This document shows, in pieces, positions 30,311 to 40,114 of a stretch of DNA of 64,000 nucleotides (its first letter is position 1; the number at the start of each line of letters is the position of its first letter). Source of the DNA: Sedimentisphaerales bacterium (GTDB lineage Bacteria; Planctomycetota; Phycisphaerae; Sedimentisphaerales; SM23-30); the NCBI GenBank assembly GCA_963663805.2, contig CAXXMR010000013.1:463896-527895 (forward strand), read 5' to 3'. Made by a program: the position numbers and the translations under genes. The notes under the pieces were generated by a model. The model was not told the DNA's origin and made no database searches. It saw only the letters and a program-made list of their open reading frames with translations.

Positions 30311-31084
30311 ATGAAATCCGAAGAACGTCATCACCTAAAGACAAATGACCTGGCAGAAACTCTTGGTCATATTCCGGAATACATTAAGCAGTATGGTTCA
30401 CAGGCACTTACGATTGTTATTGTGTTGTTGATAATACTGGTTGGTTATTCGTGGTACAACCGGGTTTCGACGGCTAATGCGGTTCAGCGTCAGGGTCGGT
30501 TGCAGGAGCTTCTGGGTTCGCCGGACCAGCTTCAGCAACAGGCGATACGTCATGCAATGGCTCAGGACTCAGGTGAGGCTGTGGATTTGGATACTCTGGA
30601 AGGTTACAGCACCGAGACGCTCAAACGCGGTCTGGCGGAACTGACCGACGATGCCGCAGGTACTCCGGTCGGTGCCAAAGCTCTGCTGACTCAGGCTGAT
30701 ACGGTTCGTTCGGAGCTGTATTTTTCCGACAAGGAAATTTCTGACGCTGAGAAAGCCCAGACGCTGAGTTCGGCGGAACAGTTGTACAACCGAGCGCTGC
30801 GTGAATATTTCTCCGATACCAACTCGGTGCTGGCGGCCAAGCTGGGGCTGGCAATGGTGGCTGAGGACAAGGGCCAGTGGGATGTGGCCCGGGCTATCTA
30901 TGAAGAAATCGTCAATGAGCAGGATTGCCGCTATGCGGGTTATCCCGGTGTTCTGGTAGCTGAGAGTCGGCTGGATCGTATGGCTGATTTTACGAACGCT
31001 CCGACTCCGGTAGCGGTTGAAGTTCCGGCTGAGTTGCCGACGGAAACCGCGCCGGAGGCAGAGACTGAGCCTTCTGATGGCTGA
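30311..31084 (+). CDS. YfgM-like membrane-anchored TPR protein
   Basis: MKSEERHHLKTNDLA, single TM, TPR-like helices. Confidence 0.7.
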   Translation: MKSEERHHLKTNDLAETLGHIPEYIKQYGSQALTIVIVLLIILVGYSWYNRVSTANAVQRQGRLQELLGSPDQLQQQAIRHAMAQDSGEAVDLDTLEGYSTETLKRGLAELTDDAAGTPVGAKALLTQADTVRSELYFSDKEISDAEKAQTLSSAEQLYNRALREYFSDTNSVLAAKLGLAMVAEDKGQWDVARAIYEEIVNEQDCRYAGYPGVLVAESRLDRMADFTNAPTPVAVEVPAELPTETAPEAETEPSDG

Positions 31085-32198
31085 TGAAAAGGATTCGGTA
31101 GAATTTTCTGAGCAGGCTCGGTCTGAGTCTGAAGATTCAGTTGAACTCGATGATGTCGAGGATGGTGAGATATCCGCGCAAACCGAGGAGGATGGGGCCG
31201 AACATTCCACTCTGGTGATTCGTCGTTTGCTGCCTAATCGTCGTATAGATAAATATCTGCATCATCGTTTCCCGGAGGCTTCGCGTACGCTGATACAGAG
31301 GCTGATAAAGGAAGAAGCGGTTACGGTTAATGACAAGCCGACCAAGGCGAGTTATCAGCTTAATCCGGGTGATAAGGTCGATATAATTCTGCCGCCGCCG
31401 GTGACGACGGAGATACCGGGTGAAGATATACCGCTGAATATTATCTACGAAGATGAATATATGCTGGCGATTAACAAGCAGGCGGATTTGATAATTCATC
31501 CGGCGCGTGGCAATCGCAGCGGTACGATGGTTAATGCTCTGGTTCATTATTCGAATTCTTTGTCGATGGTAAACGGCGACTTTCGGCCGGGAATTGTGCA
31601 TCGGCTGGACCGTAATACTACGGGGGTTATTGTGGTAGCCAAGACTGATACAGCTCATTGGCGGCTGGCTCATCAGTTTGAACATCGGCTGACGCGTAAG
31701 CAGTATGTGGCGGTGGTGCACGGCACGATGGATTTAGATTCTGATTTGATTGATGTACCTTTGGGTCGTCATCCGCGGGTGCGGGAGAAGTACGCGGCCC
31801 GGCCTGACTCCGGCAAGGAAGCGGTGACGGTTTATGAGGTGATGCGGCAGTATCAGGGTTATGCTTTGATGCGTCTGAAGCCGCGGACGGGGCGTACGCA
31901 TCAGCTGCGGGTACATATGAGTATTTCAAAACATCCTATTGTCAGCGATACGATGTATGGCGGCAAGACGATGACGCTGGCGCAGCTGGTGGGGGACTGC
32001 GACCGGCCGGGGCCGGGTGAGCCGGGTGGTGAGTTGGGCGATGATGATATTGTTATCGACCGGCAGGCACTACATGCCGAGCGGCTGGAGATTAGACATC
32101 CTATCAGCGGGGAAATGATGGAACTGGTGGCGCCTCTGCCGCCCGATATGCAGCAGTTGGTGGATTTGCTGGAACGCTATCGGTACGTGTCTCCTTAA
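31077..32198 (+). CDS. rluD: RluA/RluD-family pseudouridine synthase
   Basis: S4 domain, INK, GIVHRLDRNTTG, TGRTHQLRVH, RQALHA. Confidence 0.9.
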   Translation: MADEKDSVEFSEQARSESEDSVELDDVEDGEISAQTEEDGAEHSTLVIRRLLPNRRIDKYLHHRFPEASRTLIQRLIKEEAVTVNDKPTKASYQLNPGDKVDIILPPPVTTEIPGEDIPLNIIYEDEYMLAINKQADLIIHPARGNRSGTMVNALVHYSNSLSMVNGDFRPGIVHRLDRNTTGVIVVAKTDTAHWRLAHQFEHRLTRKQYVAVVHGTMDLDSDLIDVPLGRHPRVREKYAARPDSGKEAVTVYEVMRQYQGYALMRLKPRTGRTHQLRVHMSISKHPIVSDTMYGGKTMTLAQLVGDCDRPGPGEPGGELGDDDIVIDRQALHAERLEIRHPISGEMMELVAPLPPDMQQLVDLLERYRYVSP

Positions 32199-32213
32199 AT
32201 GTCAGATTTGGGA

Positions 32214-32430
32214 CTATGTTATAAAATAGCTTCTACCGGTGAGTTGTACTATTTCGGAATGGTGCAGGAAGCGATCCGGGATGGCGGTGGCTGAGCGGTA
32301 CATCGCCGAGTAGTTTGCCCAGTCTTCCAGGGGGTGGTTGCTGGTCATGATTGTTGAACGAACCTCGTACTGCCGCATGATAACTTCAAAAAGATACTCT
32401 CCGCTATTTCGAGGCAATTGTTTCATGCCT
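32214..32430 (-). pseudogene. istB: IS21-family istB C-terminal remnant
   Basis: GMKQLP..GEYLFEVIMR.YE.RSTIMTSN, DRFLHH, GRSY; GKLLGDVP lies in another frame; no Walker A. Confidence 0.8.
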
Positions 32431-33198
32431 ATAACGGCACCGATTGCCGAGGAGGTAGTGGTTGTAGCTTTTTAGGTCGGGGCCGAAGTCACGGGGTTGG
32501 TGTTTTACTGAGGCATCGAACAGGGCCAGGTTGGTTTTCTGATTGTGGAAACGAAACAAATATGGGTACGGGGCGTTCAGGTTGTCGGGATGATACAGGT
32601 TCCATTCTCGTACCATGGTTTGGCAATGGTCCATAAAATACAGAGCGGCATCAGGTTTGCGAATGGTGGTGAGTTTCAGAGCGCCGTGGATATTCCAGCA
32701 GATGTTGTCCGGTAACGAATTACTGAACTGCCACTGATTGTTTGAGGTGGCGGTGCGGAGAGATGGGCCGGGCCATTGCTGGTTGGGCGGGGCGTTTACG
32801 GCCCACTGGTTGACGGCGTAAGTTACCTTATTGTTTTTGGGCCAGGAACGGATATTAGCAAAAGTAACGGCTGGACAAAGCAAAATAAGGGACGCTGATG
32901 AGTCTGTCCCTATATAGGGATGGAGGGAGCCGGGATTGGGATTGTGTGGGGAGTTGGTTTCGGGGGCGTACCAGGAAGCGGGGACACACCAATCATCGTT
33001 ATCTGAGGACCATAGAGAAGCGGCAAATGAAATCTGTTTGAGATTGTTGAGGCAAAAAACGGACTGGGCCACTTGGCGAGATTTGGAAAGGCTGGGTAGG
33101 AAGATGGTACATAAAACGGAAACGAGGGCAGTTACAACAAGTGATTCAATCAGGGTGAACGCAACTTTAGCCCCAGGTCTGGGCCTGCCGCGACACAT
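32404..33198 (-). CDS. Prepilin-type N-terminal / H-X9-DG (DUF1559-like) protein
   Basis: AFTLIE, LPSL.KSR, CLNNLKQ, CP, YAVN, RFH...TNLALFDASV. Confidence 0.8.
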   Translation of the reverse strand: MCRGRPRPGAKVAFTLIESLVVTALVSVLCTIFLPSLSKSRQVAQSVFCLNNLKQISFAASLWSSDNDDWCVPASWYAPETNSPHNPNPGSLHPYIGTDSSASLILLCPAVTFANIRSWPKNNKVTYAVNQWAVNAPPNQQWPGPSLRTATSNNQWQFSNSLPDNICWNIHGALKLTTIRKPDAALYFMDHCQTMVREWNLYHPDNLNAPYPYLFRFHNQKTNLALFDASVKHQPRDFGPDLKSYNHYLLGNRCRYRHETIASK

Positions 33199-33356
33199 GG
33201 TACAACTTTCCTCCAACAACTGGTATCCAAAACAACCGGACTCGTCCTTGTCCTTAGAGGATTATGAGAGTCATTGTACCAGATTCGGCAGGCCCAAATC
33301 AAGTCAGGGAGGCAAATTTAGTTCATAACGTCCTATAAAACATAGTGTTACAGTCT

Positions 33357-33398
33357 AAAAAAGCCCAGGCGGTTTGCAGAGCTTTATCCGCCTGTGCT
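33357..33398 (-). terminator. Probable terminator of the leftward pilus operon
   Basis: AGCCCAGGCGG/CCGCCTGTGCT imperfect stem with A6 on +. Confidence 0.55.
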
Positions 33399-33442
33399 GT
33401 ATGGTTTACCCTGAACGGGTACCAAATACACGTTGGGAATCA

Positions 33443-34622
33443 TCAGGGAATATCGGCGAGGAAACGGCTGGTGAGGGGGTCGCCGGGGTTTAAGGATTGG
33501 GCTTTGGAGTAGAGTTGTTGGGCCTGTTGGGCCTGGCCGCGAGCCTGGAGGGTGCGGGCGAGCAGGCACAGGGCGAGCGGATTATCGCCGGCGGTGTCTA
33601 TCATTTGACGCAGGTCGAGTTCGGCGCGAGCGTAGTCGGATTGCATAAGGGCGATGTAGCCGGAGAGCATGAGGGATTCGTTATCATGCTGGTCGATGGA
33701 AAGCGAGCGGTCAACCCAGGTACGAGCGTGGTCGAGGTCGTCGCGAGCCAGGGCGGGTCTGGGCTAATAAGGTCCAGAGAGCGGGGTTGTCGGGGTCGTG
33801 TTCGGCGACGAGTTGGAAGCAGCGTTGGGCGGCGTGGAACTGGCTGAGCTGCATACAACAGCGGCCGGCAGCTAAGCGAGAAGGCCAGGATTCCTGGGCG
33901 AGTGGGTCATTATCGATTTTATTGAATAATTTTAGCGCGGCGCGGTATTGACCTGTTTCGTAGAGGGCCAGGGCGAGGGTCTGGGAGATTTCGAGATTAT
34001 CGGCATCGACACGGGAGGCGGCCTGGTACATGTTAATCGCGGCGACGGTGTCGCCTCTGGTCTGAAGGATATGACCGGCGAGCATAAGGACCGAGGCATT
34101 GGGTGTCTGGTTTTCGATATGACTGCGGAGGATGTCGAGGGCGTAATCCTGTTTTTGCTGCTGGATGAGTGTTTCGGCCAGAGCGAGTAAATACGGGACA
34201 TGGTTAGGTTTGATTTCCCAGGCCTGCTGATAATAATCGGCGGCAGCGGCGGTTTCGTTCCATCGCTGATATACCAATGCGATGTTGTAGCAGGCGGGCG
34301 CGTTTTGAGAATCATATTGCAGGCAGGTTTCAAAGGCGGCGAGTGCTTCGGCGAGGCGGTCCTGGTCGAGATAGATTTGGCCCTGCATTAGATAGGCAGG
34401 TGCGTATTCGGGGTCGGACTCGAAAATCGGGGTGAGGGACTGGAGGGCTTTGTCGTATTGGCGTGATTCGAACTGGCGTTGAGCCAGGTCAACAGCAATG
34501 CGGGAACGGGCGGCATTCCAGCGTTTTTCGGCGGCCTGAACGTTTTCGGGGTGGCGATTCTGACAGCCAACGGCTAACAGGGACAGTGATAATGTTAAAA
34601 GTATTAGGTATTTGGTTTTCAT
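33443..34622 (-). pseudogene. TPR lipoprotein (pilotin-like), split by one extra base at 33755-33757
   Basis: Lipobox AVGC, many TPRs; removing one base joins LLAQT to ALARDDLDHARTW...MLSGY; span 1180 nt = 3n+1. Confidence 0.8.
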
Positions 34623-34780
34623 ATTATTTTTGCTGCTCCAGACAGTTTCAAAGACATGTATCTGATTTAGATTTCTGCGACCCTTTGGAGGTATAAACAG
34701 GTAAACATATTCCGGGCTTCATGGTCGGGCGTCCCCGGTACGGTGACCGGGGGCGCGTTGGCGACCATAAGGATTTTCTG

Positions 34781-36631
34781 TTACCACGGCAGGGCGGAGA
34801 GGTCCATCTGATTGGCGAGCTGCATGGTTTCAGGGGAAGTATTATCGGCATCGTCGGACGTTTCGGGCAGGGGGTCCAGTTCTATGGGTGTGACAGGTTC
34901 GGGTTCGGGCAGTGTGGGCAGTTCGTCCTGTGTCTGGATAATATTTTTGAGGAAATTTTTCATGCTGGTATAGTCGGCGGCGTAGATCTTGCGGGCACTA
35001 AGCTCGTCGCGTAAGTTGATGGCATCGAGGAATGCGGGGCTGATATTGGCGGCCATTTTAGCGTTTTTGAGGGCTTCGTCGGGTTGGCCGGCATCTTTGA
35101 GTTCGCAGGCTTTCTGGTAATAGGAAGCGGCGAGGCGTTCGCGGCCATGCCACTGCATGCCTTCGCGTAGGCCTATCGTGAGGGTATTGATATTTTGCAT
35201 AACATCGTCAGCGGCGGCATAGTCGATCTTTTCCTTGATGATGTGCGGGGTAATCAGGAAGATAACTTCTTCCTTAATATTGTTGTCGGACGTGCTGCGG
35301 AAAAGATTGCCGAGCAGGGGCAGATTGCCGGCACCGGGGACCTGAGAGCGGTTAAGCTCGGTACGTTCACGGAACAAGCCGCCGATAACGATAGTACGGC
35401 CGTCCTTGACAAGAACGTTGGTGGTGACTTCGGCGGTGGTTTCGCTGGGCAAAGTAAAATTACCGGAAACCGTTACGCCACCGTCGGAATCTTTGGGGTT
35501 GAGTTCCATGCGGATGAAGCCATCCTGCATAACGAAAGGACGAAAACTTAACTGAGTACCGGTTTCGAGGAACTCTACGGTCTGGGTGGCAGTGGTCTGG
35601 GAAACTTCGGTGGTGATGTAGCCGTCACGCTTACCGACGATGACCTTGGCGGGCTGACGGTTTAGGGTCAGGACTTTGGGATTGCCGAGAGTCACGACGT
35701 CGGTGGTGCTTTCGAGTGCTTCGATAAAGATACCAATGTTGCTCTTGACGACACCGATCGACAGGCCGCCGCCAGTAAGGTTGGTATTGAATCCGGTTCC
35801 GGCACTAGTGCTGGTTCCGCTGAGATTGACGTTGGTTGCGTCGCCGGGGTGGAACAGGCCGTTGCTGGCCTGGAAATCGACACCGCCGAGGACATTGAAA
35901 TCAACGCCAAGTTCGTTCTGGTCATCGACGCGGGCCACGAGAATGGTAGCTTCGATGAGAACCTGGGGCGGTCGGACATCTACGCTTTTGATTAGTTTGG
36001 CGACGCTCTCGATGTTTTCGGGGAAGTCAACCACGACCATAAAATTGTTACCAGCCCAGTTTTCGCCGGAAGATTTGTCGCTGGAAGCTTCGGGGGTGGT
36101 GGTAATTTGACCTTCGGCGCTGAGCAGGGGGACTATAAGACTGCTGAGGTCGGCGGCGGGGATGTAATTAAGCTGGAACGCACGCGAAACGGTCCGGCGA
36201 GCGGCTTTCTGAATGTCGGTGAGTTCCTGAGCGGTATAAACATAGATAAAGTTGCCCTTTTCCTCGTAGGCGAAGCCGTTGGTGGTAAGTACCGCGTCGA
36301 GTACTTCTTTGCAGGTCACATCGAAGAGACTGACGACAATCTGTCCTCGGACACTCTGAGAGGGCACGATGTTTTTATCGCAGGTGAATCCGAAAATCTT
36401 GAGGAAGTCGGTTATTTCACCTTTGTGGGTAACCGAAGGGATTACACCTTCGGCATCGGGTGGAGCGATGGCGGTTGTGGAAACGGGCTGGGCCTGGCTG
36501 GGGGTTACTTCAATGGGTTGGTCAGCGTCGGTTTCGAGAGTTTCGGTGAGTTCCTGAGCAAAGACGCCGGAGTTGATAAAGAATAAAGTTAGCAAAGCAA
36601 TAAAAGATTTGTTTTTAAGCAGATTAGTCAT
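34781..36631 (-). CDS. Secretin (PilQ/GspD family)
   Basis: Signal peptide, F.LNY..A, DVRPPQVLIEA.I, ELGVD, PKVLTLN, TIVIGGL, LPLLGNLFR, FLITPHI. Confidence 0.93.
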   Translation of the reverse strand: MTNLLKNKSFIALLTLFFINSGVFAQELTETLETDADQPIEVTPSQAQPVSTTAIAPPDAEGVIPSVTHKGEITDFLKIFGFTCDKNIVPSQSVRGQIVVSLFDVTCKEVLDAVLTTNGFAYEEKGNFIYVYTAQELTDIQKAARRTVSRAFQLNYIPAADLSSLIVPLLSAEGQITTTPEASSDKSSGENWAGNNFMVVVDFPENIESVAKLIKSVDVRPPQVLIEATILVARVDDQNELGVDFNVLGGVDFQASNGLFHPGDATNVNLSGTSTSAGTGFNTNLTGGGLSIGVVKSNIGIFIEALESTTDVVTLGNPKVLTLNRQPAKVIVGKRDGYITTEVSQTTATQTVEFLETGTQLSFRPFVMQDGFIRMELNPKDSDGGVTVSGNFTLPSETTAEVTTNVLVKDGRTIVIGGLFRERTELNRSQVPGAGNLPLLGNLFRSTSDNNIKEEVIFLITPHIIKEKIDYAAADDVMQNINTLTIGLREGMQWHGRERLAASYYQKACELKDAGQPDEALKNAKMAANISPAFLDAINLRDELSARKIYAADYTSMKNFLKNIIQTQDELPTLPEPEPVTPIELDPLPETSDDADNTSPETMQLANQMDLSALPW

Positions 36632-36668
36632 TTTGGACCTCGTTCAGGGAGGAGAGAGTAGTTTTATC

Positions 36669-37223
36669 TCAGTTTTCCGTGATGGTTACTTTTCCACTGA
36701 TGGGCTCTATCGAAATAGTAACGGTTGATTGGGAATTCTGAGCCGAGAGGGTAACACTGCCGACATTGAGGGGCATGGGTGAGGCAATATCACCGGCATA
36801 GGGCGAGCCGAGTCGGTCAAACCAGAGAGAGTTCTGGCTGTCGAACCCGGCAGAATCGATATTAACAAGTTTCATATCGGGGTCAGAGGAGAAATCAACC
36901 CGGTACAAATACGGGGTTGGGTCGGCAGTGCCTGAGGGCATTTTATTGATAGGGTCATAGAGGGTTACTCCGTTCTGGTCTTGAATCTCATAGGTCTGAG
37001 CGTCGGTATCGAAAACGATTTGTACGGGCTGCTGGGTGGCGATGGCGAGGGTCTGGGCATACATGAGGGCTGAGGCCAACTGCGAGGTCGCGGTGGTCAA
37101 CTGCATCTGGCTGTTACCGCTGAGCATGGGGACGATGACCGCGGCGGCAATGCCGAGAATCATCAGGACCACAAGCATCTCAACAAGAGTAAAAGCCTGG
37201 TTTTTTTTATCGACGTTTATCAT
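36669..37223 (-). CDS. FimT/GspH-like minor pilin
   Basis: QAFTLVEMLVV, L.YAQ..A, FD.LG.P. Confidence 0.85.
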   Translation of the reverse strand: MINVDKKNQAFTLVEMLVVLMILGIAAAVIVPMLSGNSQMQLTTATSQLASALMYAQTLAIATQQPVQIVFDTDAQTYEIQDQNGVTLYDPINKMPSGTADPTPYLYRVDFSSDPDMKLVNIDSAGFDSQNSLWFDRLGSPYAGDIASPMPLNVGSVTLSAQNSQSTVTISIEPISGKVTITEN

Positions 37224-37231
37224 GAGATTTT

Positions 37232-37498
37232 CTATCGAGAGGATTTGGTTTTGGGGTCTATGATTTGAACTTTTACCTGGCCGGAAGCGAGTAGGTTGTT
37301 CATTTCGTTGACACTATTATTGAGGGTGCGTACTTCTATAATAAGTTCGTTTAGCTGTTGGCCGGAATCGGGGATGGCGGCCTGGGCAGTCGAAACGGTT
37401 GAAGGAGCCTGGCACCAGAGGTTGATACTGACAATGGTCAGCAGAACCGTAAGTGCGGTAAGAATAAAACGTGTGTAATTGTCGAGACTGACTTTCAT
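37232..37498 (-). CDS. Small membrane-anchored hypothetical protein in the pilin operon
   Basis: N-terminal TM then short amphipathic helix; tight spacing with neighbours. Confidence 0.7.
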   Translation of the reverse strand: MKVSLDNYTRFILTALTVLLTIVSINLWCQAPSTVSTAQAAIPDSGQQLNELIIEVRTLNNSVNEMNNLLASGQVKVQIIDPKTKSSR

Positions 37499-37514
37499 AT
37501 TTTTATTTCCGTTA

Positions 37515-38030
37515 TTAATAGTCGTAATAGGCTTCGCTGTTTTTATCCACGCCGGTGAGGTCGGCCTTAAAGATCCCGTCGAGTGGTTTGTAAATCCAGC
37601 CGTGCGTATCAGCCGGGCCGGGCAGGGCAGCGCCGTCGGCGACGATATTAATGGTATCGAGGCCGTTGAGGGGGTTTTCGGGGATTTTGCTCAGATAAGG
37701 CCCGAATGGATAATCAGCAGTGCCGACATTGTTGACCGTACCCAGAGCGTCAGTAAATTTGGTCATCTGGTCAGTAAAAGAAGCGGCGTCAGGTGTACCA
37801 GAGGCATCGTATCCGGGCGCTTCATCCACATGCTGAGCAGAATAAGTCTGAATCTGGGTACGCATGATACGGAGATTTTCGCGTAACATGCTTTCTTTGG
37901 TCTGATTGGTGGCATCGCTGAACTGGGGCAGGGAAATCGCGGCAAGGATACTTATTATCACGACCACGATGAGAATTTCGACGAGCGTAAACGCGGCAGG
38001 TCGATTTTTGTATGCAGGGCAGAGTTTCAT
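37515..38030 (-). CDS. Type IV pilin / GspG-like protein
   Basis: AAFTLVEILIVV, PQF, R.QI..Y, GPYL..IPENP, GWIY. Confidence 0.88.
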   Translation of the reverse strand: MKLCPAYKNRPAAFTLVEILIVVVIISILAAISLPQFSDATNQTKESMLRENLRIMRTQIQTYSAQHVDEAPGYDASGTPDAASFTDQMTKFTDALGTVNNVGTADYPFGPYLSKIPENPLNGLDTINIVADGAALPGPADTHGWIYKPLDGIFKADLTGVDKNSEAYYDY

Positions 38031-38065
38031 AACGAATACTCCTGTTTATTCCCCAGGGGGCGGGG

Positions 38066-38100
38066 AAAAATGCGGCCCGACAACAGATGTGCCGGGCCGC
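38066..38100 (-). terminator. Hairpin/terminator after the first pilin gene
   Basis: GCGGCCCG/CGGGCCGC stem; A5 on +. Confidence 0.65.
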
Positions 38101-38136
38101 CATGAGCTAAGATACTAACAGCTTAGGTACGAGGTA

Positions 38137-38589
38137 TTATCCGCCGAGATGGTCAGAATGACCGCTGGTAATCGCACCGGTAGTGGTATCGACTTCCCAG
38201 TCAACCGAGCCATCGTTAGCAGCGGCAGCGCCAAAGACCACAGGGTCATTGCTGCACCAGGGATTACCGGGAACTTCCTGCATATAAGGTCCAAGCGTAC
38301 CGCCGGCAGCGCCGTCGGCATCGGTCTTGGCGATCAGACGGGCTTCGATATTAGCAGCAGTATCAATGCCGCCGGAGCCGTCATCCCAGGGATAGGTATC
38401 ATTATGCTGAACCTTATAAAGCTCGAACTGGGAGCGTAAGGTTTGCATATTGCTGACCAGTGACGAATCTTTGGCACTGGTCGAGGCGTCGGTAAACTGC
38501 GGAATGACAATGGCCGCGAGGATACCTAAAATGATAACCACGATAAGAATTTCCACGAGAGTAAAACCACTGTTTTTGCGAATCTTCAT
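38137..38589 (-). CDS. Probable major type IV pilin
   Basis: KNSGFTLVEILIVVIILGILAAIVIPQF; SD GGAGG; first gene of the arm. Confidence 0.88.
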   Translation of the reverse strand: MKIRKNSGFTLVEILIVVIILGILAAIVIPQFTDASTSAKDSSLVSNMQTLRSQFELYKVQHNDTYPWDDGSGGIDTAANIEARLIAKTDADGAAGGTLGPYMQEVPGNPWCSNDPVVFGAAAANDGSVDWEVDTTTGAITSGHSDHLGG

Positions 38590-39075
38590 CAAAATAACCT
38601 CCGGTGTCATAAGACACCTTCCAATTAAAAAATTTCTACACATTAAACACTTGAAAAAGATTCCTAATCTTTTATTATCCTGTCCGGTCGCCAAGAAATA
38701 ACCTTCAAGGAATTAACGCCGCTAAAAATCCTCACTTTCGTTACGGCAGATTCGTTTTGGTCAATACCGGAGTAAATCTAAAATTCAAAACGGGAGAAAG
38801 CAAAAAAAGACAACTCATTTTTCCCGCCTTTTCTGTCTTTTCCATCTTATTGCCATTGTCTGACCGTTACAATCGTTACAGCTTTACAGGCTGATCGGGT
38901 TTGGGGGCTGATAACCGGGCAAGAACCAGGATTTGAGAAGAAAAACGGCAGAGTAGTTTGCCCGGTGTTAATCTGTATCTTATAGTTGGGTGGTTAAAAT
39001 ACGGAAGCTGGGCAAACAGGAAGAATGGCTTTCTGTACGCATATATAAGGTAGAAAATCAGACAACTGTTAGCAT

Positions 39076-40086
39076 ATGTTGAATTTATTCAAAAAACATG
39101 ATTACCCCATCGCCCTGGATTTGGGCAGTTCCTCATTAAAGATGGTTCAGTTGGGCCGAGGAGGCGGAACTCTGAACTTGCAGGCTGCCGCTATATCTGA
39201 GGTTCCAGAAGATGTTCGCGGGAATCTAAAGTCCCGGATGAAATGGACTGTTCATCAGGTAAAAAGCATGCTGGGTTTCAAACCTTTCCGGGGTCGCAAG
39301 TTTGTGACGTGCCTGCCGAGCAGTGAGCTGTTGATTCAGCATCTGCGTATGCCGAAGATGAAACCGGAGCAGTTAAGTAAGGCGCTGGCGGTGGAAGCTC
39401 AGGAAAAACTGCCGTCGGAAATGGCAGGTGCGACTTTGCGTCATATCGTTGCTGGTGAAGTTTATGAGGGTGAAGAATGTAAACAGGAAATTATTCTTTT
39501 GGCGGCAAGTCCGGCACTGGTTCAGCAGCATTTATATTTGATAGAACAGACCAAAATTGAAATCGCGGCGATAAGCGTTGAAGCCCAGGCCCTGATAAAC
39601 GCGTTTGGCAATGATGAAACTCAGCTTTTGATTGATATGGGACATACTGGCACCAAAGTGATTGTCAGTCAGGGTCGGCAGGTAAGTTTCTGTCGTAATA
39701 TTGATATTGCGGGGGTACATATGGCCCGGCCTGAGCCGGTGGGTGCGGTTAATGAGATTCAATTTTCGGACAATGGCGATTTATGCAGTGTGGCCGCGGA
39801 TGGTGAACAGTTACTAAGTCGTCTGGCGGGTGAAGTTCGCGGCTGTGTGCAGTATCATGACATGGTTTTTCCGGAACGTCCGGTAGAACGCGTGGTTTTT
39901 TCAGGAGGATTGGCAAATGACACAGCGTTTTGTCAGCAGTTGGCTCGTAAAATTGGTTTGCCGGCCCAGTTGGGTGACCCAAGCGGCAATATAAACCCGG
40001 CAACCCGCAGCGGCAAGCATAGTGATTTGGAGCCGAGCGGTTCGAATGCCCAATGGGCGGTGGCTTTGGGTCTGGCGCAATTATGA
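39076..40086 (+). CDS. pilM: Type IV pilus assembly protein PilM
   Basis: IALDLGSSSLKMVQL, LIDMG, SGG.A, WAVALGLA. Confidence 0.88.
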   Translation: MLNLFKKHDYPIALDLGSSSLKMVQLGRGGGTLNLQAAAISEVPEDVRGNLKSRMKWTVHQVKSMLGFKPFRGRKFVTCLPSSELLIQHLRMPKMKPEQLSKALAVEAQEKLPSEMAGATLRHIVAGEVYEGEECKQEIILLAASPALVQQHLYLIEQTKIEIAAISVEAQALINAFGNDETQLLIDMGHTGTKVIVSQGRQVSFCRNIDIAGVHMARPEPVGAVNEIQFSDNGDLCSVAADGEQLLSRLAGEVRGCVQYHDMVFPERPVERVVFSGGLANDTAFCQQLARKIGLPAQLGDPSGNINPATRSGKHSDLEPSGSNAQWAVALGLAQL

Positions 40087-40114
40087 ATAATGAATGGGGT
40101 TTTAAGGTTTTACC

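Noticed and set aside
34648..34851. Further frameshifted extension of the secretin
   Set aside because: The secretin is complete and the alternative frames show no recognisable motif; reads are needed to exclude it
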